A DNA stretch of 23,415 nucleotides. It comes from Thermoproteota archaeon. Lineage in GTDB: Archaea > Asgardarchaeota > Jordiarchaeia > Jordiarchaeales > Freyrarchaeaceae. The notes beneath the pieces are model-generated. The model saw nothing but the letters and a program-made list of their open reading frames with translations. It was not told the origin of the DNA and did no database searches. The stretch is taken from positions 1 to 23,415 of the forward strand of contig JAPDJY010000004.1 in NCBI GenBank assembly GCA_029258835.1, written 5' to 3'. This document shows, in pieces, positions 8,614 through 17,248 of the stretch. Numbering within the stretch: position 1 is the first letter of the stretch; each line of letters opens with the position of its first letter. The position numbers and the translations under genes are program-made.

Positions 8614-9927
8614 CTACCTCATTCGTTTAAGGATGATGAACGTTGCAGCTGCAGCCGCTGCAGCGACGCCGCATGCGGCGACGTACAGTGTTACCGCCTG
8701 CTGATGGGAAGAGTAGTACTGTACATAGTATAGTGTGGCTAAGGCTGAGAGGGCTGGCTGACCGAGCATTGGACCTTGATCGCAGGTTGGACCATAGGGT
8801 CCGGTTCTGGTGTATGTTTTTGCTTTTTCGGTGAAGGTCAGCCCCTCCTGGTGTCCTTCAAACGCTTCCACCTTGATCTTCTCGCTTCCTATCACTTGGA
8901 CGATGAGGGTGTACTGCTGCCCCTTCAGCTCGCTTGGCTCCTGTCCAACCAGATAGTATGTTACTACCCCGTCTTCCGCCGAGACCTCTCTGAAGTCTGG
9001 CCCTGTTGCGTTGAAGACCCCGACGGGGAGCGGAGACAGCAGGTCTCCGCCAACCGATACGACCATTTGCGAGGCATTGTAGACGTAGTAGACGAATGCC
9101 AGTTGTGTGCTCCAGTTCCAGATGCACGGCTCAGCCCCCTCAAGGAACCAGTTCCCGCTAAGCCTACCCAGCATGTCATAGTCTATTTTTCCGCCTTTCG
9201 GCTCACCAACCCTGTTAACTTTCGAGTAGGCCTTCTCCTTCAGGCTTCCCTCTAGGTAGTCCAGTGGACAGACCGCGTGCGCCGCATCAGGGTAATAAGT
9301 TTCAGGGTGTATGAAGCTGAGCGTAACCTCGTAGTCTATTGCCCCCCAGTCTAGGCATACAGACCCTCCCGGCTGCTTGGACGCTACACCGACTATGTCT
9401 CCAGCCTTAACTGGTATGTTGACTTCAACGCCTCCCCAACCAACTTCGATCTCCCCTGTCTGGCTTATGATCCAATCAGCCACTCCGGAAAGGTGGTAGA
9501 AGTAGCTTTTGAGCGTGTCCGTGTGTTTTATGTAGAGCGAGTAGTCCTGGTATGAGGCACCCTCCTCAGTGCAGTTTTCAATCTCTATTATGACGCCGTC
9601 GGCGGGCGCCCTCACATTGTAAACCCCGTCATTTAGCACGAAGTATATGTGATCACTTGGAAAGGTGTGGCCAGGCGGGCCAAGGTTTCCTAAGGGTATT
9701 ATTTCGTAGTATGCATCGTCCTCTAGGGGGATGACCGTGAATGTAAACTCTGTTTCCTTAACGAACCCTAGAGAAACGGATCCTAGAGAGCTAGCTGAGT
9801 AAGTAGGCACCGTTAAAGCTGACGGCCAGCCTACGCCGCCCAGCCACACTGCTTGGCTTAGGATAGCTCCAGCTATTATGCCACTAAGCAGAAACGCGAC
9901 GGGAAAACAAGCTCTCCGCATGAACAC
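8614..9927 (-). CDS. Secreted, C-terminally anchored protein with an M23/LytM-like (duplicated hybrid) fold domain
   Basis: N-terminal RR plus hydrophobic signal/TM. Internal GHTFPSDHIYF, VRAPADGVI, IKH....SYFYHL and VKAGDIVG. C-terminal hydrophobic Ala-rich helix followed by KRMR. Confidence 0.7.
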   Translation of the reverse strand: MFMRRACFPVAFLLSGIIAGAILSQAVWLGGVGWPSALTVPTYSASSLGSVSLGFVKETEFTFTVIPLEDDAYYEIIPLGNLGPPGHTFPSDHIYFVLNDGVYNVRAPADGVIIEIENCTEEGASYQDYSLYIKHTDTLKSYFYHLSGVADWIISQTGEIEVGWGGVEVNIPVKAGDIVGVASKQPGGSVCLDWGAIDYEVTLSFIHPETYYPDAAHAVCPLDYLEGSLKEKAYSKVNRVGEPKGGKIDYDMLGRLSGNWFLEGAEPCIWNWSTQLAFVYYVYNASQMVVSVGGDLLSPLPVGVFNATGPDFREVSAEDGVVTYYLVGQEPSELKGQQYTLIVQVIGSEKIKVEAFEGHQEGLTFTEKAKTYTRTGPYGPTCDQGPMLGQPALSALATLYYVQYYSSHQQAVTLYVAACGVAAAAAAATFIILKRMR

Positions 9928-10502
9928 TATCTCCTCATAAGGGGTTGGCGGGCTGGAAGGCTGCCTTCATCCTGCCATCAGCCGTATGGAAAGCGCCATC
10001 AAATCCTAAAAAAGTTTATGGTAAAACTTACCAGTCGTTTCAACTAGCCTTTCACGGGGCAGTGCTGGAACGTTAGCACCCTCAATTAGTTCAAATTCCT
10101 TGTAGCTACCGTTCACGTGGACGCTTTACCGCCCCCAGCTTCCAACCATGACTAGCGGTCTGACACCTCATTACACCTGCAGGCTAGGCGCCGCCACCCG
10201 CAAACCTTCATCCTCTAAAGGGAGGTGTCAAAGCGAATGTACCATTGCACTAATGCAACACGTTACGAATGTGCCAGCATCTCTGACTTTGGAGGATGGT
10301 AAGGCGTAGGGTTGGTGTTGGTGGGGTGCGCTCACGTTTGAAGGCTAATCATGCACCGTTATTGAGGGTTATGCTTAAAAACTGTTGCTTTTGCGTGCTC
10401 TCCAGTCGGAGTTGAAAGCCGCAGGTGGGTCTGAGGGTGATGGGCGCCCACGCTGCTGACGGTTTGGCCGGTAGGCCGTCCGCCGCCTCTGCCGTCACTA
10501 TA

Positions 10503-10537
10503 AGGTAAACCTTAAATGCTTACCATTCGTAGTAAAT
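10503..10537 (+). promoter_or_regulatory. Probable vapBC promoter/operator
   Basis: BRE/TATA-like GGTAAA-CCTTAAATG about 35 nt before the ATG. It overlaps inverted GGTAA...TTACC and TTAC...GTAA half-sites of the kind antitoxins use for autorepression. Confidence 0.4.
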
Positions 10538-10550
10538 ATTGGTGGTCTTA

Positions 10551-10781
10551 ATGGGTAAGTATGTGACGGTGTCTGTGAAGGTGCCCTTGGAGGTGAAGAA
10601 GAGGCTTGAGGAGCTTGGCATTAAGCCTTCAGAGGTGCTGAGGAGGGCCATAGAGGAAGAATTGGAGAGAAGGGAGCTGGAGGAGATCGAGAAGGAGCTG
10701 GGTAAGCTATCCTCCGTTTTGAGCAAGTTCTCTAGGGATTTCATTGTGGAGAGCGTTAGGGAGGACAGGGAGTCGAGATGA
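10551..10781 (+). CDS. vapB: VapB-type antitoxin (ribbon-helix-helix)
   Basis: YVTVSVKVP.EVKKRLEELGIKPSEVLRRAIEEE and C-terminal VESVREDRESR. ATGA overlap with the PIN gene. Confidence 0.85.
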   Translation: MGKYVTVSVKVPLEVKKRLEELGIKPSEVLRRAIEEELERRELEEIEKELGKLSSVLSKFSRDFIVESVREDRESR

Positions 10782-11170
10782 GCTTCCTCTTTGACGCCTC
10801 CTCAATATTCGAAGCGCTAGTGGAGAGGAAGGTGAGGGCTCTACACGGGAACTACACCATAGACTTAGCCGTGTACGAGGTGGGAAACATTCTGTGGAAG
10901 AGGAGGCGCCTGCTAAAGGACGTGGACGACGAGGAAATCGCTCAACTAATCGGCTTGATTAAGAGAGTGTTAAGGTTGCTTAAAACGGTTAAAATAGACT
11001 GCCATGAGAGAGAAGTGGTTGACATCGCTGTTAGGTTTGAGGTCACATTTTACGATGCATCCTACGTCTTCGCAGCCAAAAACAATAACCTCACACTCGT
11101 TACAGAAGACGAGAAGCTTAGAAGGAAGGTAAAGGGCTACGTGGACACGCTGAGCCTAAGAGAGATTTGA
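10778..11170 (+). CDS. vapC: VapC PIN-domain ribonuclease toxin
   Basis: FDASS, YEVGNILWK, TFYDASY and LVTED, so the PIN acidic tetrad is intact. Confidence 0.92.
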   Translation: MSFLFDASSIFEALVERKVRALHGNYTIDLAVYEVGNILWKRRRLLKDVDDEEIAQLIGLIKRVLRLLKTVKIDCHEREVVDIAVRFEVTFYDASYVFAAKNNNLTLVTEDEKLRRKVKGYVDTLSLREI

Positions 11171-11361
11171 GGCAGGATGAGCGCTGTCAGCGCCCCCGTC
11201 CTCCCTCAACCGTATGCGATGAGATTGTTCAGCGTTGAAGGATTGAGACTGTGAGGCAGAGGTTCGATGTGGGCTGGTGGAGGCGGCGACGTGAAGGCGC
11301 CCTTCAAGCGCTGGATGCTTCTCTCTAATTGGAGGGGTGTGGGCTCCCGTTAGCAGTAACC

Positions 11362-12168
11362 CTACGGGGTCCCACCCGCCAAGCACTTGATTTCCTCGAC
11401 TATCTTTGGGAGTATATTCCCTGTCATGCCTTGGATAAAGTAGTCGGATACCTCTATTGTGAGTGGTGTTGGTTCGGCGTTAACCTCTATGACTACTGCA
11501 GGGTTTGGCTTTTGCTTTGCGAACCTTGGAAGGTAGGCTGCGGGGTAGACGACCGCTGAGGTCCCAGCAACGATCATGGCGTCACACTTTCTAACCTCTT
11601 CGAGGCTTTTCTTGTAGGCGTCATGCGGGATCGGCTCTCCAAAGTAGACGACATCAGACTTCAAGGGGTGGCCGCAGTCCCTGCACCGGGGAACGTCCCC
11701 TCTCCCCACAATCCCCTTAACGTCAAACTCGCTTCTTCCATACCGTTTTCCACAGTTTACGCAGCGGAGTTTGAAGGCGTTTCCATGGAATTCTATGACG
11801 TTCCTGCTTCCCGCCTTCTGGTGTAGGTTGTCAATGTTCTGGGTGATCACACACTTCAAAATCCCCATTTTCTCCAGCTCCGCCAGCGCGTAGTGCGAGG
11901 GGTTCGGCTGAACGCGCTCAAGGTCTCCAAGGGTGGAGGGCCTACTCACGGCCTCCTCCCAGTAAGCCTTCGGGTCCCTGAGGAACCTGCCGTAGACTTC
12001 GTACGCCCTCCTCTCAGCCTCAGGGTTCTTCGTCCATATCCCCGATGGACCCCTAAAATCCGGTATGCCAGACTCCGTTGAAACCCCTGCACCGGTGAAA
12101 GCCACCGCATACCTAGACCTAAGGAGAACCCTTGCAACCTCCCTGATAACTTCACCCTCAACACCCAA
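11362..12168 (-). CDS. cobB: Sir2-family NAD-dependent protein deacylase
   Basis: TGAGVSTESGIPDFRG, ITQNIDNLH, EFHG, two CxxC motifs and GTSAVVYPAA. Confidence 0.93.
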   Translation of the reverse strand: MGVEGEVIREVARVLLRSRYAVAFTGAGVSTESGIPDFRGPSGIWTKNPEAERRAYEVYGRFLRDPKAYWEEAVSRPSTLGDLERVQPNPSHYALAELEKMGILKCVITQNIDNLHQKAGSRNVIEFHGNAFKLRCVNCGKRYGRSEFDVKGIVGRGDVPRCRDCGHPLKSDVVYFGEPIPHDAYKKSLEEVRKCDAMIVAGTSAVVYPAAYLPRFAKQKPNPAVVIEVNAEPTPLTIEVSDYFIQGMTGNILPKIVEEIKCLAGGTP

Positions 12169-12338
12169 CCCAAACCCTCCAACTACCCCTCCATCATATC
12201 GCTAATAGATAGGGTGAGCCTGAAAGCTTAAAGGGTTTCTCTTAGAATCAAATAAGCGTTTCTCCGGAAGAGATTTTAATTATCAATTAGCAAATGTAGC
12301 AAATAAGTAGTAAAAAGAAGGTGGAGAGGTGTGAGAGG

Positions 12339-13106
12339 GTGGCTAGTGGAAGCGTTACAGGCGGGATTGTGGGCTCGGCTCTAGGCATAATATCCTCCGT
12401 AGCAGGTTTCCTATGGGTTCTGTCATTCATAGCTTTCAATGACGCTTACAACTCTGCGGTTGCCCTGCAGTTCCTCGTATTCGACCAAGCTCATCTCACA
12501 TGGGTTATGCATCAGAGCTTCTTCATGAACATCTACGTCTATGACGTGCTTGACGGATTCATCGGTGCAACCTTCATTCTAAGCATCCTGCTCGCGGTGA
12601 CCATCATTCTCGTGGGAGTTGGACTCTACGGCCTCGGGAAGGCTACGGATACGGAGACGGCGGGCACCGTGGCGCTCGTATCCGGCGTAGTAAGCGGGAT
12701 CTTGGCTCCAATACTACTGCTTATCGGGGCGGCTGCTGGAGAAAACACGATGACACCTCTCTCGATAGCTATACTAAGGTTTCTCCTAATAGAACCCGGC
12801 ATCCTTGAAGAGGCGCCAGTGGGCCTCATTGTCCTCGCAGGCGGCGTCCCAGCAGTCAACCAACCTGCCCTCTGGCTGGGACTCGTAGTGGTCGGCTTGA
12901 CCATCATATTATTCGGGGTAGTGTTCATTAAGCTCAGAGAAGGGCTACCCAGCCCAAGTTTAAGCGTAGCCATAGGAGTGCTCTCAATAATTGCAGGAAT
13001 AGCCTACATGGTCTACGTGCCGGGCTCGATCATAGGATTCATCATGCTCTTCATCATATCCATACTAGAAATCGTTTTATTCGCCCAATCACGGGAGCTA
13101 ACCTAA
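12339..13106 (+). CDS. Polytopic membrane protein of unknown function (~6-7 TM)
   Basis: Long open frame of Gly-rich hydrophobic segments. GTG 12339 follows a GAGGTG RBS (alternative start 12321). AT-rich promoter-like region upstream. Confidence 0.8.
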   Translation: MASGSVTGGIVGSALGIISSVAGFLWVLSFIAFNDAYNSAVALQFLVFDQAHLTWVMHQSFFMNIYVYDVLDGFIGATFILSILLAVTIILVGVGLYGLGKATDTETAGTVALVSGVVSGILAPILLLIGAAAGENTMTPLSIAILRFLLIEPGILEEAPVGLIVLAGGVPAVNQPALWLGLVVVGLTIILFGVVFIKLREGLPSPSLSVAIGVLSIIAGIAYMVYVPGSIIGFIMLFIISILEIVLFAQSRELT

Positions 13107-13239
13107 CTTTAACACCGAAAACATTAGGCTTTCCTCCAACTTTTCCTCCTCATGAGCCCCACACATCCCCCTAAACTTCCACATTTTTTCAAATTAAATT
13201 TAATAAATTAGCCTTGCACCCTTTGAAGGCCGACCGTTT

Positions 13240-13390
13240 CCAGATCCTTTCAACGTTTTAAATTCAGTTTAAGTTCAACAAACTCCTTAAAAGGTAACCA
13301 CTCTTATTTTGACTCCGAAGTAGGCGTGAATCAGTTGCCTCTAATCCCACCATGTTCCTTCAAGGAATATTTTGGTGTCTGCCTTACATC
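13240..13390 (-). pseudogene. Remnant of a DUF86/HepT-like HEPN ribonuclease
   Basis: Minus strand NIP*RNMVGL, then after a frameshift QLIHAYFGVKIRVV (cf. EIPWREMAGMRDKLIHAYFGVD). Confidence 0.7.
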
Positions 13391-13564
13391 GCCTAAAATG
13401 AGAGTCAAAGCTGCTTCATCTTAAAGATTAAGGTTTTCGAGAATGTACGCTCGCCTCCTCCTCGGCAATCTCTCCTCCCTTTCTATCGTCATTAACGCTG
13501 TTTGGCAAAGCTTATAAGTTAGTTGCATTTTCCACCTATTCGTGGATCTGAAGGAGGGTGTGCC

Positions 13565-14374
13565 TTGTCAGAGTATGAGACCCTGATTTTGAAGAAGGAG
13601 CCGCCCTTGGCGTGGATAATCCTGAACAGGCCGAAGGCTAATGCCATAAACCAGAAGCTTATAGACGAGCTCGACAAGGCGTTAGATGAATTGTGGTTTG
13701 ACAAGGATGCTCGCGTGGTTATAATCACCGGGTCTGGCGAAAGGTTCTTCTCAGCTGGAGCCGACCTCAAGGAGCCGCCGACGATCACGCTACCCCAGAC
13801 ACTAGGGGTTCCGCAGGTTGCCGCGATGGTCGAGACCGCAATGTACATGGCGAAGGTGACGCAGAAGATCGAGAGGTTCCCAAAGATAGTTATAGCTGCT
13901 ATTAACGGTTACGCTCTGGGTGGGGGATGCGAGCTCGCCGCCGCATGCGATTTCAGGATAGCAGTTGAGGATGCTCAGATAGGTCAGCCCGAACTCCAGA
14001 GAGGGATAATCCCGGGTTGGGGTGGAACCCAGAGGCTGACACGCCTCGTAGGGCTAGCGAAGGCCAAGGAGCTCTGCCTTCTAGCTGAGCCGATAAGCGC
14101 GGAGGAAGCCTACAGGATAGGCTTGGTTAACAAGGTGGTTCCACGGGATAGGTTTGAGGAGGAGGTTAAGGCGTTCGCCATGAAGCTGGCGCAGGGACCA
14201 CCCATAGCTCAGCGCGTCACGAAGTACGCCCTCAACTTTGGAGCGGAAGCTCCACTCAACACAGGACTGATACTCGAGGCAGCCCTTGCCTCTATAGCAA
14301 GCTCGAGCAAGGATGCAATGGAAGGGGTCATGGCGTTCTTGGAGAAGCGTGCACCACAGTTTAAAGGAGAATAA
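13565..14374 (+). CDS. Enoyl-CoA hydratase/isomerase (crotonase)
   Basis: LNRPKANA, FSAGADL, NGYALGGGCEL and GQPE..RGIIPGWGGTQRL, with both catalytic Glu present. TTG 13565 follows a GGAGG RBS. Confidence 0.95.
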   Translation: MSEYETLILKKEPPLAWIILNRPKANAINQKLIDELDKALDELWFDKDARVVIITGSGERFFSAGADLKEPPTITLPQTLGVPQVAAMVETAMYMAKVTQKIERFPKIVIAAINGYALGGGCELAAACDFRIAVEDAQIGQPELQRGIIPGWGGTQRLTRLVGLAKAKELCLLAEPISAEEAYRIGLVNKVVPRDRFEEEVKAFAMKLAQGPPIAQRVTKYALNFGAEAPLNTGLILEAALASIASSSKDAMEGVMAFLEKRAPQFKGE

Positions 14375-14380
14375 ACACGA

Positions 14381-14398
14381 TCCCTCTCTTTTTTCTTC
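14381..14398 (+). terminator. T-rich terminator
   Basis: tccctctcttttttcttc just after the crotonase stop. Confidence 0.5.
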
Positions 14399-14556
14399 AA
14401 CTAGTAGGAAAAAGAACACGCTTAAGCCGTCAGACGGATGCAAAACGTTGAAAAACGTCCATAATTAGCCTCTATCCCAGAAGTTTTGACGCTTCGCTCC
14501 CACGCTTCCTTCTGTTAAAACGTAAATTGTTCCGGTTATTCGTGTTCGTTTGATGG

Positions 14557-15126
14557 CTAATCTATCAGTCTCAGCTCGTGCCTGCAGCATTCGTGCCCTG
14601 CAGCCCTGCACCTGGTCTCCCAGGACTCAGCGTTGAAGCCTCTAAGCTGGCAGACCTCAGTAAATATTCCATCGATGAGTATGCACAACCTTACGTTCTC
14701 CCTAATCTCTTTGGGTGCAAGTACTCCCTTGCAGAGGGGGCAACCGTAGTCCTCGTACACTATCTTCCCCTCCTCGGGGATCACGGTAACTTTGTCGAAC
14801 TTTTTACCAGTATAAAAGTAGTATGCGAAATCGTAGGTTTTCGCGAACTCATAAAACTCGACAGCATGCTTCCCTACATGCTCAGCATACTTTGTAAGCA
14901 TTCTCGCCCCAGCCTTTCTCCCCAAGTTCCAAAGGGCAACGGTGGCCTTCTCGGCGTCCCCCTCTCTCTCCATAAGGTACTCGAAAGTGGCGAGCAACAT
15001 CGCAATAGCCGAGTCTAAATCAATCTTCTTAGCGACAACGTGCCAGGCGATTCGACCTTTTAACCCCATAAAATCATCCTCCGCAAACTCGTCCTCCATA
15101 AAGCATAAAATAAATGATTTCACCAT
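14557..15126 (-). CDS. V4R-domain protein (V4R / Bet3-TRAPP-like fold), paralog 2
   Basis: LWNLGRKAGAR, CPLC, C...DGIF and ETRCRAAGHECCRHEL (V4R E..C.A.G...C.F pattern). Start is 15126 or 15099. Confidence 0.8.
   Translation of the reverse strand: MVKSFILCFMEDEFAEDDFMGLKGRIAWHVVAKKIDLDSAIAMLLATFEYLMEREGDAEKATVALWNLGRKAGARMLTKYAEHVGKHAVEFYEFAKTYDFAYYFYTGKKFDKVTVIPEEGKIVYEDYGCPLCKGVLAPKEIRENVRLCILIDGIFTEVCQLRGFNAESWETRCRAAGHECCRHELRLID
14573..14641. repeat. 69-bp exact direct repeat, copy 1 (copy 2 at 15181-15249)
   Basis: agctcgtgcc...gttgaagcct is identical in both V4R genes. Confidence 0.95.
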
Positions 15127-15164
15127 GTTGACCCTAACAAGACGTATTCCTTCACGTTTTCAGG

Positions 15165-15677
15165 CTACCTGGTTATTTTTAGCTCGTGCCTGCAGCATTC
15201 GTGCCCTGCAGCCCTGCACCTGGTCTCCCAGGACTCAGCGTTGAAGCCTATGAGACGACATATTTCGGTGAAGAGCCCGTCCACTTGGATGCAGGCCCTT
15301 CCCTCCTCCCTGAACTCTTCAGGGAAGATGAAGCCCTTACACAGCGGGCAATTGTAGTCCTCAAAGATTATAAGCCCCTCTTCCGGCGACACACGTATCT
15401 TGTCAAACTTCTTACTGGAAAGAGACTCATACATCGTATCAAAAATCTTAGCGAGGCCATGCAAGTCTCCACCGTGCTTCCTGATCTTATCAGAGTACCT
15501 GACGAGGAACCTCGCCCCCGCCCTCCTCCCAACATTCCAGCCTTCCCTTATAGCCGCCGAGACGTCTCCCTCCTTCTCTAAAAGGTAGTCTATCATCGAT
15601 TGAGTTATGGAAAGATATGCCTCAAGATTGATCTTCCCACTTACAGGGTAATAGTAACTCCACCCCTTCACCTCCAA
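15165..15677 (-). CDS. V4R-domain protein, paralog 1
   Basis: GWNVGRRAGAR, CPLC, C...DGLF and ETRCRAAGHECCRHEL. TTG 15677 after a G-rich RBS is preferred because the ORF extension to 15812 crosses AT-rich promoter-like DNA. Confidence 0.8.
   Translation of the reverse strand: MEVKGWSYYYPVSGKINLEAYLSITQSMIDYLLEKEGDVSAAIREGWNVGRRAGARFLVRYSDKIRKHGGDLHGLAKIFDTMYESLSSKKFDKIRVSPEEGLIIFEDYNCPLCKGFIFPEEFREEGRACIQVDGLFTEICRLIGFNAESWETRCRAAGHECCRHELKITR
15181..15249. repeat. 69-bp exact direct repeat, copy 2
   Basis: Identical to 14573-14641. Confidence 0.95.
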
Positions 15678-16045
15678 ACGAACCCCCCAGAGAAAAACCA
15701 TTATAACCCATCTTTCTCCTAAATATAAATAAATTTTATTGTTTACAATGAGATTTCCCACCACATTGAAAGCCAAATTTAGAAGACATTCCAAGTTTGA
15801 GCATAAAGCCACGTCTATACATTAAAGCGCTAGGATTAACGGAGAAAAGACATTCCCGGCACATGCAACTTAACGCGAAAATCAACAATGAGAAGAGGCG
15901 GAACTCTCTGGAGTCTGGAAAAAGGCATTTCTAAGGGATTTTACTTAGTCAAAGATCAAGATAGTTAAATGTTGGAGTGAGTCGCCGATGACGCGTAAGT
16001 GAGATGGTTGCGTCGTTCGCTTTCCTGGCCATTTAACGCTGCGTG

Positions 16046-16810
16046 CTACAAGGCTACATCTCTCCTGCCTCCCTTTGACGATACATAGTGTCCGGGGTCT
16101 GACGTGTCGTTCGGGTCGAAGGCTCTCTTGATTCTGCGGAGCCACACCTGATGGTTGTTACAGTAAGGTTCAAACCAGTCGTGGAGTTCGTCCCCTGTTA
16201 TGAAGAAGGGAGTTCCAAGACTGTGCTGCACGTCCGCTTCGTTACACTCCTTTAAGTAGTCTGCGAAGCCCTTACACGACTCCGGGTCTGTAGGGTCGTA
16301 CACCGTTAGAACCTCTAAGTGCTGGAAGTGGCCATGCTCGAAGCTGGTAGTCCACATCCCCTCCCCTCCGTCACCCCCTATGAGCTCCTTTTCAATGTAC
16401 TTAAGCTTGATGGGCCTGTTCACCTTTGCGACCCTCAACGCCATGGCGATCGTATCAATGCCCCCATGAGTGCTCTGGAAGCATGAGGTGAAGCGGAACG
16501 CCGCACTCCCCCACATATTCCTAACACCCTCAGCGTAGCTCGCCGACCTAACCTAACCACTCCCTCCTCGATCAGGTCTATGCCACCCGTCTCCCCTACC
16601 ATCTCCCCCATCACCTTAACCCTGTTAGTTGAACTCCCTCTCGGTGTGGGCTGTTACAAGCACGACGATAACCTTCTGGATCTTTCCCGCGTACTCCAAA
16701 ATCCTGCTTATAGCGTCGTCCCTCGTCGACGAGAACATCGTCGCAACCCCCTCAGGGGGGTGGACATCGCTATCGTAGCAACTTCAGCCCCCCAATCCTA
16801 CAGTAGGCCT
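16046..16810 (-). pseudogene. C-terminal half of an FAD-linked oxidoreductase (VAO/PCMH/GlcD superfamily), 5'-truncated and frameshifted
   Basis: WLRRIKRAFDPNDTSDPG C-terminal motif. Broken upstream frames read GVATMFSSTRDDAISRILEY...VIVVLVTAHTER/EFN*/RVKVMGEMVGETGG. No FAD-binding N-terminus is present. Confidence 0.7.
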
Positions 16811-17123
16811 CTTCCATCGGTTTTCAGCCGACACGTTAATGAATAATTTTTTTAATTTTCAATGAATGATTTTTCCATACACTTTTTTTATATATTATAT
16901 ATGTTTTTATGGCTTATCTATTGACTTATCAATAGAACTTGACACGCAACATCTCCAAAAACCAAGTAAAATCACACGGAAATTACATCGAAAAGAAGCC
17001 GCCCACGCCCTCAACCCTGTTATTTTTCCACCTGCTGCGTGCAACCGCTTCCCCCGCTTAAACCCCCTAACAAAATTCTGAAAATCTTTGGCAACCCGGC
17101 AGAAGCCAGGAAAAGAAAGAAGA

Positions 17124-17153
17124 AAGAAAATTAACTTTAAGAAAATTAACTTT
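17124..17153. repeat. 2 x 15-bp tandem repeat AAGAAAATTAACTTT
   Basis: Read directly. It adjoins the purine run 17109-17130, which is T-rich on the minus strand and a likely terminator for the mutase operon. Confidence 0.85.
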
Positions 17154-17248
17154 CAAATACTGAGCATTGAGGCGGTAAGCGGCTTAACGTCGGCTACCTT
17201 TAACCTGCTTTGGATGGTCTAGTTGCCCGCGTGGCTCCCCGCTCCCCT

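Noticed and set aside
10180-10500. SRP RNA, RNase P RNA or tRNA
   Set aside because: No SRP helix 8 motif, RNase P GAGGAAAGUCC motif or tRNA cloverleaf is visible.
14573-15249. Diversity-generating retroelement TR/VR pair
   Set aside because: The copies are identical with no adenine-specific mismatches, both are coding, and there is no reverse transcriptase in the window.
16840-17160. Replication origin or dif site; also the small ORF 16866-17081
   Set aside because: No ORB repeats or cdc6. The palindrome is 8-4-8 rather than the 11-6-11 dif geometry. The ORF is low-complexity AT-rich sequence without an RBS.
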